A DNA stretch of 64,000 nucleotides, taken from contig BQFW01000008.1 of assembly GCA_020891255.1 (NCBI GenBank), forward strand, positions 2,356,001 to 2,420,000, read 5' to 3'. Every line of letters begins with the position of its first letter. Positions within the stretch are counted from its first letter, which is position 1. Made by a program: the position numbers and the translations under genes. The stretch comes from Entomortierella parvispora E1425. Its lineage: Eukaryota > Fungi > Mortierellomycota. Of the stretch, positions 1-10,143 are shown in pieces. The notes under the pieces were generated by a model, which saw nothing but the letters and a program-made list of their open reading frames with translations, searched no databases and was not told the DNA's origin.

Positions 1-1
1 A

Positions 2-904
2 CAAGGACCACGTAGTCAAGACTGGAAGATTACAGTAGATTTCTCAGAATTGGATGAGGACCAAAAGCAGGTGCTGCCCAGTTCAAGCTCGCAGTCACGT
101 TCTTCAGGTCCTGATGCGTCTGGTTCTTCAGGGTTGGATCTCCAGCGTCTGTCCCTCTCTGGATCACAGCCCACCAGTGGTGGTCATAGCGGAGAGTCTG
201 GCGAAAGCGGCACTATGGAGCAGATGGAAAACGAGTTTCTGGATCGGTTGAAGCAGCTCTCTGATGAAATTGAGCGCTTGGCTCCTAATATGAAGGCGAT
301 TGAGCGATTGGATGGCGTCGAGGCGCGTCTGAAGAAGACCGACAAGGAGTTTAATGCTGCTCGCAAGAGTGCCAGAGATGTCAAGGAAGCCTTTAGCACG
401 GTGAAGCAGGAGCGTTACGATCGATTCCATGGTGCTTTTCAACATATCTCTGAAAAAATTGATGAGATCTATAAGGCTCTAACAAGGTCTACTGCGTTCC
501 CAATGGGCGGAACAGCGTACTTGTCGTTGGAGGACACAGAAGAGCCGTATTTGGACGGTATCCGGTACCATGCCATGCCACCGCTAAAGCGATTTCGAGA
601 TATGGACCAGCTTTCTGGAGGTGAAAAAACAATGGCGGCCTTGGCACTGTTGTTTGCTATCCATTCCTACCGCCCCTCGCCATTCTTCGTTCTGGATGAG
701 GTGGACGCAGCGTTGGACAACATGAACGTGGCGAAGATTGGTCATTACCTTCAGCAACATGCGTCAAAGGATCTGCAATTTATTGTCATCTCTCTCAAGA
801 GCTCCCTGTACGAACGTGGGCAGGGACTGGTTGGAATCTACCGAGACCAAGGTGTGAACAGCAGTAAAACTCTGACCCTTGGTTTGGATCAGTTTGAAGA
901 GTAG
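2..904 (+). CDS. SMC1: Cohesin subunit Smc1, C-terminal coiled-coil and ABC-ATPase head (5' part lies outside the window)
   Basis: Open frame from base 2 to the stop at 904. Contains the signature motif LSGGEKT, Walker B/D-loop FFVLDEVDAALD and 'LAPNMKAIERL', typical of Smc1. Confidence 0.95.
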   Translation, partial: QGPRSQDWKITVDFSELDEDQKQVLPSSSSQSRSSGPDASGSSGLDLQRLSLSGSQPTSGGHSGESGESGTMEQMENEFLDRLKQLSDEIERLAPNMKAIERLDGVEARLKKTDKEFNAARKSARDVKEAFSTVKQERYDRFHGAFQHISEKIDEIYKALTRSTAFPMGGTAYLSLEDTEEPYLDGIRYHAMPPLKRFRDMDQLSGGEKTMAALALLFAIHSYRPSPFFVLDEVDAALDNMNVAKIGHYLQQHASKDLQFIVISLKSSLYERGQGLVGIYRDQGVNSSKTLTLGLDQFEE

Positions 905-976
905 GCTGACTGCAGAGAAGCGAGTTGCAAAATAAACACGAAAACTGCATTTCGCCTTTGGTTATTATGTGATGTT

Positions 977-2245
977 CTATGGCACACTGACATTGTCTTC
1001 ATTCTGTGGTTGAAGTGCGCGGTATTTAACTTGTCGGTCCCAAGAGCTCATCCTCCAGTTTCTTTTGGCCATGCGTCGCATCTCATTTGTAAAAGTATGT
1101 GCTAGCGACGCCAAAGACTGTGAGGTTCCAGCTGAAGGGGTAGCAATCCAAGATGTCAGCTCGAGCTCGACTTGACTCCAAGAAAGCGCAGGTCCATTGT
1201 CCTGTTTTGTCCGTTTGCCCCTAACTTTATCCTGGCGATCTGTTTTGCTATTGGTACTGCTGCAGCCATCGCCACGACTGCCACCATCTCTCTCAGGTGT
1301 TGTGGCATCCAAGAGCATCCTTTTGACATGGGCCAGGATGATAGGGGAGACCTTGTTCCCGATATTGGTCAAGATGGCCAGATCTCGTTCCAAGAATGGT
1401 TGTAATAGGACCATGTCTGATTCTTGAATATGATCCGCCAGTGGATACTCTTCGGGTGGGCAGGGTTCAAGGCCCAAGGCGTAGACCTGGTTCCTGTCGA
1501 CTGGCAGAAAGGGTTCATCTGAAAAATCAGTTTTGACTGCGGAGGAAGGAGAGGGTGGTGTCGTGCTTCGCCGAGGTACAGGGAACGGATAAAAGCCATC
1601 GGGTTCCTCGAGACGATGAGAGCTGTCTATTGGGGTGACAGACCGAGATCGAGATGGGCTAAGCGAGGTGGAGTCGGAAGGGGGGATGGAGAGAGACCTG
1701 GATCTTGATCGATGCCGCTTTTCTCGTTGTGTCTGCTCTTTGTCGTCATGTTCGTCATAGTCATCCAAAGAGAGTAGAGACCGCTTCCTTCTGGGCATTT
1801 GATATTGGCCCTGTCCCTGTCCCTGATCCTGGTCCTGGTCCTGGTCCTGATCCAGCGTATGTCCTGGCTTCGAACCCCCAAAAGGCTCTCGACCTCGGAG
1901 CTTTTCCTCTTCCATGAGCGCAATGCGGTTCAAGGCAGAGATCAAGGCACTGCGCGAGTTTTTTGAGATTGAGAGTGTGTGGATGACCTCCAGAGAAGTA
2001 TTGACGCCATGGTGTAAACTGTCCGGAGTTGACTTGCAAAGCGGGCACTGAAGATTGATACCGAACCAGGCGGCAAGACAGGAGGCGCAGAAGGCATGGA
2101 AGCAGGGTGACAGATAGACACGTCCCCGGAAGGAAGCTAAGCAGATGGCACAGGTGGCTCCAAAGCTCTCTTCGTGGTCGTTTTCATGGTCTGAATCGTC
2201 CTTGTTAATGCTGTGAGGGGTGTCCATGGGACCTTGGCGACTCAT
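977..2245 (-). CDS. C3HC4 RING-finger protein, probable E3 ubiquitin ligase (Topors-like layout: RING, RS-rich region, C-terminal helical region)
   Basis: CAICLASFRGRVYLSPCFHAFCASCLAAWFGINLQCPLC RING motif, RSRSRS tract and QD repeat. Start placed at ATG 2245 (MSRQG); the ORF track extends further upstream. Confidence 0.8.
   Translation of the reverse strand: MSRQGPMDTPHSINKDDSDHENDHEESFGATCAICLASFRGRVYLSPCFHAFCASCLAAWFGINLQCPLCKSTPDSLHHGVNTSLEVIHTLSISKNSRSALISALNRIALMEEEKLRGREPFGGSKPGHTLDQDQDQDQDQGQGQGQYQMPRRKRSLLSLDDYDEHDDKEQTQREKRHRSRSRSLSIPPSDSTSLSPSRSRSVTPIDSSHRLEEPDGFYPFPVPRRSTTPPSPSSAVKTDFSDEPFLPVDRNQVYALGLEPCPPEEYPLADHIQESDMVLLQPFLERDLAILTNIGNKVSPIILAHVKRMLLDATTPERDGGSRGDGCSSTNSKTDRQDKVRGKRTKQDNGPALSWSQVELELTSWIATPSAGTSQSLASLAHTFTNEMRRMAKRNWRMSSWDRQVKYRALQPQNEDNVSVP
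1821..1852. repeat. Hexamer tandem repeat (CCTGGT/CCTGAT) encoding QDQDQD/QGQG in the RING protein
   Basis: ccctgatcctggtcctggtcctggtcctgatcc seen directly. Confidence 0.85.
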
Positions 2246-3061
2246 GGGTGGGACATGGTGAAGGCATGGAGGCATGGAGGCATGGAAGCATGCATGCAAT
2301 GAGCGAATGGGGAAAGACGGAAAAAAAAAGCAGGTGCTTGGTTAAGGGGCGCAGACAGCCTCTTCACGCGTGCGAAGAGAAAGGGGCTGTAGGCGAGATT
2401 AGCCATGGGCAGTATGTCGTTGACTGCCAGCCTTCATATTGCATCGTCCCGCCTCTTATTCACACGATGTGGCTGAACAATAGGTCGGGATGACTCCATG
2501 ATGGCCCTTGCCAACTTTGCCCAGTCTGTCGGACGAGTTGGTGTCACCAAACAAACACGCCCTTCGACAGAGGGGCTGAGTCGTCCCTCCAGGCAGATTG
2601 CAAAGAAATACAATTGCTCGCCAGGTGAGCCATTGGAGCGGACAGGAGAAAAGCAGAGGGTCTTCTTCCTGCTTGGACGCAACGTGGGTCATGATCCTAC
2701 TGTCTTCTCTCTTCCCTCATGGGTGAGAGCAATCTCTCCCTCTCTCACCAAGCTATTGTGGTTTTCTCCTCCTGTTGTTCACTCTCAATTCACTGAAGTT
2801 CCTGTTGAATACAAGTTTTTCCCGAAACGCCTCATCAGCGTAATTCTTTTTCTGTCTTCTGCTTTGGCAAGTGAGTTGCCTGTCCTGGATACAATTGTTT
2901 GCCTTGGGCGCAATTCCATGAGCATCCGCTGTCGCCTTTTTTAACTTTGTTTCTTCGTTTCTCCCAGGATTATAAAAACGAGGGTATTCGTCTGTCTTCT
3001 CTTCTGCATCATCTTTCCCTTTCCTCTACCCAAGATCAAACCACGGTACAATTCTTTCACA

Positions 3062-5593
3062 ATGTTATCTGACTATCAACAACTGCAGCCACTGCCACCG
3101 TATCTATCTCAGCCAAGCCCACAGGCCAATCCTAACGGTCTAACTGTTGCCATTGTGGGAGCTGGGCTGGGTGGCCTGATGCTCGCGATGCTCCTGGAGT
3201 GCATCGGTGTAGACTATGTGGTTCTCGAGCGATCTTCCAAAATTACTACTCTAGGTAATGAGTCTTTGGTAGATTCTGGCCATTTTGAGGAAAAATCAAC
3301 ATCACTAACCCTCCAACTCCTTCCGGCGCTCCACTATGGGATTTCACTTTCTGTCCAGGTGCGGCTATGGCGATTGGACCGCACTTGCTTCCTGTTTTTG
3401 AACAACTTGGGATGTATGATGACCTCATGAAGATCTCGTTGGCTTGCCCAAGAATGCTACTCTACGACCACAACATGAAACTCATGGGCGAGGTTCTTGC
3501 CAAAGAACCCAAGAAGCTGTAAGTGGATGCTTCATCTCATTCAGTCCGCCAGTGTTTTATTTTTCATCTTCCTCTTTTGTGTCCAAGGAGTTCTCATCTC
3601 TTTGTTTTCTATACATTTGTTTTTCTGACCACTTTTTTTTGTAAATAGGACTGGTTACGAAAGCTATTTGTTTTCTCGGCCAGATCTATGCGACTTGATG
3701 GTTGCCAGGATCCCGAGCCACAAGCTCTTGCTGAATAAGCGAGTCACCAAGATCCATAACCCTGATCTGGCCAACAGGATGGCCACAATTGAATGCAAGG
3801 ACGGATCCACATACGATGCGCATTTAGTCATCGGCGCAGGTACATGAAGAACCAGTTACCCTTTTCTCTCTTTTTTTTTTGTTGGCACCTATATTCCATT
3901 TTGACTGACAGCTTGTCGATTCTCCCACAACCATCTTTTATTTCATAAAAAGATGGGACTTATAGCCGTGTCCGTGAAGAGATGTACGAGGTCCTGAAGC
4001 AAAAGAAAAAGCTACCAAAGGCGGATGCAGAGCCCTTGGGGATCGGGTACTTCGCGATGGTCGGCGTTACAGAGTCCTTGGATCCTGAAATGTATCCCGT
4101 CCTCAAGGACGACTTTTGTCACTTTTCTAACGTGATGGGTGGAGCGCGCCACAGTGTAAGTGCACACCCCCCAATAGACTCACGCGTTCTCTTTCTTTTG
4201 GTCTTTTTATTGTCATGCTTCCGCTCTGTTCTTGACATTTCTGTCTTTCTCACTACAATCCACCATCATAGTGGAGCGTGTATAGTTTGTCAAAGTGCCG
4301 ATTCTCTTGGAGTTTAAGCATCCAGTTTGCGAACGAGGCCGAGGCCGATCTCTATCGTCGTCGAAAGCAGGACGAGTGGAACAACACCGCGACTGGCGAA
4401 GGGAGTATCGGGGACTTGATGAATGAGTTCCGCAGCTTTGCCTCGCCCTATGGCGGGACGATGGGCGAGCTCATGGACGCAACCTCCTCGGAGGTGACGT
4501 CCAAGGTCTTTTTGGAATACAAGATGTTTGAGACATGGTACCATGGCCGGATCGTTTTGATGGGCGATGGTAATGTTTAATGAGAAGGGGAAGAAGTCCG
4601 TTAGCGCGCGCGCGCGTCAGTCGTACAATTGTTTCGACTCTAACCTTGTTTTGTTGTTCTCTTCTGATGTGCTTGATCTTTTTTTCTTTCTTTCGCGCTC
4701 TCAGCATGCCACAAGGTGAGCAGAGAAACAAAAATACGCGTTTCTTTTGTTTCTAAAACTCAATACTAACTTGATCTCCGTCTTTTCTGTACTTTTGGTG
4801 CTTCCTAGATGCTCCCCTCAGCTGGTCAAGGTATAGTTCTTGTACTTCTTCTCTTGTTCCTCCGTGTTGTCTACTTCAGTTCTAACCACAAATTCCCTTC
4901 TATCCCCCACCTTCATCTTTTAATAGGTGGTATTAACGCGATGCAAGGTAAATATACGCGAACAACCCCCATTTTCCATGCTTTTGTTCCCAATAACCGC
5001 CATTATTCACTCATGTCATCTCAATGTACACGCACATAGATGCCGTGATCTTGGCCAATTGTTTGTACGATTTGGAAGACCGGTCCCTGCCTTCTCTTAC
5101 GCTTGCCCTTGACAGCTACTACAAGCAGAGGTACGACCCCGCCAAGAGCAACTACAAGGACAGTCAGATGATCTCCAAGGTCATGCTTGGCCAGGCCTGG
5201 ACGGACCGGATCATGCGCTCCCTCACCTTGAACTACTTGCCTCATGCGGTCCAGCAACGCCATTACGAAAAGTCGGTCGCATATCGTCCCCAGATCATGT
5301 TCTTGCCCTTGATCGAGAACAAGGGTCTGATCCGCGCAAAGTACCAAAAGCCCTGCCAGCGAAGACCTCTCCTGTCGGTCCGTTGGGAGAATGTTGAAGG
5401 CAAGGGAGACGAAAAGGTACACAATGGCCAACCACAATGCTCTCGCCATCATCGGCATCAGCACTGCCACCACCATCAGCAACAGCAACAGCAGCAGCAG
5501 CAGCAGCAGCAACTCTCTAATATGGATTCAGAGACGGAAACAGAGAGGCAGGGTACTTTCAAGGGGTTCCAGAGCGAAGGGAAAGAGGAGTAG
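3062..5593 (+). CDS. FAD-dependent monooxygenase (group A / FAD_binding_3 type), paralog 1; multi-exon, with polyQ C-terminal tail
   Basis: GAGLGG dinucleotide-binding motif, spliced GA^DG motif, and GD-ACHK-MLPSAGQG-GINAMQ-DAVIL assembled across micro-exons 4705-4715, 4809-4830 and 4927-4947. Frames join correctly at GT-AG sites. Confidence 0.9.
5466..5512 (+). repeat. CAG/CAA trinucleotide repeat (polyQ) in the last exon of monooxygenase 1
   Basis: cagcaacagcaacagcagcagcagcagcagcagcaa. Confidence 0.85.
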
Positions 5594-5802
5594 GTCTTTG
5601 AGGTCATATGATTCTCTTGACTACCCTTCAGCTAGGCGATAGGCGCCATTTTTTTTAATCTCAAGTAGTGGCAGAAGTTTTTGACATGAATTGGATGACT
5701 CTTTTTCACAATAAATGGAACAACGAAAATACGATACTGTTCATTTGATATTCTATGATGGACATTTTTTTAAAGATGGGAGTGGGGTAAAAATACATGG
5801 CC

Positions 5803-8800
5803 TCAAACAGCAACAGACGCCACAACTGGCTCACATCGTCCACAGAGAGTATCGGCCTCTGGAGATGTAAACGTCCAGCAGCGGGGGCACTTGTGCAATT
5901 GGGCCTTGCGCAACTTCATCCTGCATGCACCCACCCGAGGGATCAAAATATCTCTAGTGTAGATTTGCCCATCGCCCTGCAGTTGTTCTCCATTGTTGCT
6001 GTTGCTGTTGCTGGGCACTATCGTCACATCCGAGGTAATGAACAACTTCTTCAGATCGTCCGCGTAGCTCTGCACCAAAGACTCAAGCTGGGAGGACTTT
6101 GACAGCGACTCATCGCTGCTCTTGGATGGCTCAAACTCAATCTCGAGGGTAGCCTCCAATGACGATCGGATAGTCTTCGCTGTGCGAGCCTGTTCCATCA
6201 GTTGGTTGGCCTCAGAACGAAGTTGCTTCAAAATTGAAAACTCTTCTCTCAAAGACTCGTCATTCCAGGAGGCTGGAGCATCCAGCCAGCCAGATCGGAA
6301 CACGGATGGTTGTGGGCTTGTGAAGCAATCCCGGTAGTGTTCATAGACTTCTTCTCCCAAATGGGGTGCCAGCGGTGATACACTTCTCGTGAATGCATTG
6401 AGGGTCTTGAATGAAGATCAAGGAAAAAAGAAAAGAAAACAGCTACGTTAGGAAAACAAAGAGGAGGAAAAAAAAAATGTCGACAAAACTGTCTGCTCCT
6501 TACATGGAAAAGCACAGTCTGGATCGACCGGCGCTGAAGACTGTCTGCTGCATCCGAGTAAAGCGTATCTTTAACGACATCCAGGTAAAAGGACGACAAT
6601 GTAGTGCTTGTCAAGTACTGAAGTTGAGTAAAGACTATCAAAAAAGAAGAAAAGAGTAAGATGGCTGTTGGAGCATTTTTGCAAATACGGCCGCCACGCC
6701 TTGGCTATTTCTTTCGTGCACATCTTACCCTTGTTAAACATGAATTCATCATAGCCTGCATTGACATTCTTGGAGAATTGATAAACTTCCGACAGCATAA
6801 ACTTGTCCAATCTTGAGAGGTCCTTATAGGCCACCTGGTCCGCTTCCTTGAAGCCATTGAGGTTTCCAAGCATGAACCTGGCAGTATTTCTGAATTTCCG
6901 GATGCTCTCTGTAACCTGACTCAAAATGGTCTTTCCGATAGCAATATCCTTTGTGTACTCGGACGAGGCTGCCCACAATCGCAAAACATCCGTTCCATAT
7001 GCGGGGTCCTTCTGCAAATTCTTACCACCATGGATCACAACGGCAGGGTCCACAGTGTTTCCGATCGACTTGCTTTGCTTGATGCCCTTGGAGTCCAGCA
7101 AAAATCCATGGGTAACCAGGGTTCCGAAGGGGGCCTTGCCGGTCAGCGCCACAGATGTCAACAAGGATGACTGGAACCAACCGCGATGTTGATCGCTTCC
7201 CTCGCAGTAAACATCGGCCACAAAAGGCAAATGAGGTCGAGACATCTTTTCTTCAATCATTGTCCAACTCGTGCCGCTGTCGAACCAAACATCCATAGTA
7301 TCATAGCCGCGGCGATAGGTTCTTCCATTGTTCCTGTACTCAGGGGCCAAAAGCTCTTCTGTCGTCATGCTCCACCAAGCATCCGTTCCATGTTCCTTCA
7401 CTGTATCAATGATGTGCTGCACGGAGCGTTCTGTCAGCAGTGGCTCGTCCGTCTCGGCGTCGTACATGACGGGAATAGGAACACCCCAAGATCTTTGACG
7501 AGAAATGCACCATTCGCTCCTGGAGTGAATAAAGCTCTCCAAGCGTCTCCTCGCTGACTCGGGAACCATCTTGACATTTTCAATGGCCTTCAAGGCGTCG
7601 TCCTTGATCGATCCTACGTTGGCGAACCACTGCGAGGTCGCTCTCAGAATCACAGGCTTTTTGGTCCTCCAGTCATAAGGGTATTTATGAACGTAGCTCT
7701 GCTCCTGAATCAAGCTGCCCTTGCTTTGAAGAATCTCCAAGATCCTAGCGGTTCCTTCCGTCTGCACTTGCAGACCTTCCAAGCCTTCTCCAGCCTCTGC
7801 AGTGAACTTGCCCAAATTGTTGACGGGGCAAAAAGCCTCGATTCCGTGAGGCAAGCAGGCCTTGTAATCGTCCATACCATGTCCAGGTGCAGTATGAACC
7901 AATCCAGATCCTGAGTCAGCGGATACGTAATCGGCAGCGATAAACGGAAGTCTCTCGGACGTCAAAGGGTGTTTGTAGCTTGCTCCAATCAGGTCCTCGC
8001 CCATAATTTCGCCAATAGTCTCCAGCTTGAGTTCCGAGGTAATATCTTCAGAAGTGGTGCTGGCAGTGGGGGTGAACCTCGTCTTCATCTCATCCATGCG
8101 ATCAGTGGCGGCCAAGTACACAGTGTTCTTATCCTGAGACGTGCTGGAGCGGAACAAAGTATAGCTGAGTTTTGGGTGGACAGCGACACAACGGTTGGCT
8201 GGAAGAGTCCAAGGAGTTGTTGTCCATACAACAGCCTGCAGTGACGCCGACTTTGGCAAGATATCAGACAAAGCTTTGGCTAGGGTGGAGGGTGGTTGGT
8301 TAGAGCCTTTAGCATATATTACTCCTTCTAACAGATCAGTATTAGTTAAAGATACATACATGGTTGATCGAGCTCAAATGCTACCCAGGCAGAGCGACTC
8401 TTGTGGTCATCCTTGTACTCCAGTTCTGATTCCGCCAGGGCGGTCTGTGATGATGGTGACCAGTACACTGGCTTGTTGGCTCTGTAAATCAATCCTTTGT
8501 TCATCATCTCGTAGAAGACTCGAAGTTGGCGAGTCTCAAAGTCCTTGTCCATGGTCAAGTATCCATTGTCGAATTCGCCCATCACACCATAGGACAGAAA
8601 CTCTTTCCGCTGGCCAGCTACAGCAGCGCGAGCAGTCGCTTGGGCTACTGCTCGAACCTGAGTTGGGCTAAGACTTGATCTGTCTTTAACTTTCAGCTCT
8701 GCAAGTGCCTTCAGTTCGATAGGCAATCCATGGCAATCCCATCCTGGTCGGTAACTAAACGGATGATCGGATAGATGGGTATTAGATCTGGGTCAACAAA

Positions 8801-9441
8801 CGTGCGGTATCGTAAGGTTCTTGGTCCTTGTAACCTGGCAATATAATCCATGGACGTACTCGACTTTGTATCCGCGCATGACACGATGACGGTTGATAAA
8901 ATCCTTGATCAGCTTGTTCAGTGCGTGTCCAAGATGCAAATTTCCATTTGCATATGGTGGTCCATCATGGAGCACAAACAACTCTCCTGGATTGTTCTCA
9001 CGCTGGATAGCAATACACAATTGTGAATCAAAGTTAATTTCAGTCAATTGAAGCTGAAGCGCTCCGAGTGGTCTTCATTATTTTGAAGGACATTCGCAGC
9101 AAGGTAAAATCGCTTTTTTTTCTTACCTGCCATGGATACAGGTCCGAGGTGCAGCGTTGGCGAAAGCTCTCCTGTGCCTTTGGTTCCGATCGGAGAGGGA
9201 ATGCGGTCTTTGGGAGCAGCAAGGTCGCCGTGAACTTTTGATCTGGTTTGTCCTTCTTTGTAGCCTTTCCTGCAGTTGCTTTAGCAGCATCGGCTGCCCC
9301 AGTCTCTGTGGTGGTGGTGGCCATGGACCGAAGCATGGTTGTAGGTCGCGAAGAGTAGAGAGAAAACGAAGTTCTCAAAAGGGCAGGGCTAGAGAGGAGA
9401 GGGCTCCCTTTCGCCCTGCACGAGTAGGCGCCTCTGAGCAT
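5803..9441 (-). CDS. ISM1: Isoleucyl-tRNA synthetase, mitochondrial/bacterial (IleRS1) type; multi-exon
   Basis: HIGH-type motif [11 protein letters not shown], editing-domain WTTTPWTLP and [27 protein letters not shown]-equivalent KQSKS, C-terminal zinc finger CPRCW...CGRC, and an R/S-rich N-terminal presequence. Confidence 0.93.
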
Positions 9442-10143
9442 TTCGGTATACGAGATCTGAGGCCGAGGGGATCTCTTAAGGATGAATGAGAAGTGGACAA
9501 TGGAGAGAGGGAACGAATGAAGGAAGGAAGGAAGGAATGCCACGCCGGAGGAGGTGATCAGAGCCATGCATCACATGTCCCTGAATCGGCGAGGGCTGCT
9601 CGGCAGGAAAACGCAGTCACCGGTAAACTTAAATTTGGTGGCAACCCCGATTGCGGCTCAGCGCATGTTGATGTTGACGTGCAAAGCCACCCTCGCGGTC
9701 GCATGACCGATCGCGTCCGCCGCCAATAGGGCGAGGGCGTCTGCAAAAAAAATCACTCTGTCTTGGTGTCTCAATGCCGCGGCTGTCCTTGGTTCTCGCC
9801 AGACTCTGCGATCTGCTTCTTTCCACTCTACTTCACTTTTGACGTCGGCAATCATTCACTTTAACCCCACCTATCGCCCCTTTGAAAACACAACAGCCTC
9901 GTATGCTTCATCGCCTCTCCTAGACGCAGGCACGCTCCACTGTACATAGCCCCTCCTCCCCCCATTGTATATACGCTTTTTATCTGTCGGATTCCATAAT
10001 CTCCCTCTGTAAATAATAATTACCGCGAGAAAGATCCACCACAGCAGACAAAGCAGCATCAAACGAACACAAAAATCACAAAAAAAAAAGAACAGGAAAT
10101 GAACAGCAACAGCAACAGCCAAAAGTCCCAAAAGGCCGAGAAA

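Noticed and set aside
2498-2944. 148-aa plus-strand ORF between the RING gene and monooxygenase 1
   Set aside because: No motifs, low-complexity pyrimidine-rich 3' half, and position in a divergent promoter/UTR.
4604-4616. (GC)6 alternating tract in a monooxygenase intron (Z-DNA candidate)
   Set aside because: A short simple repeat with no supporting context.
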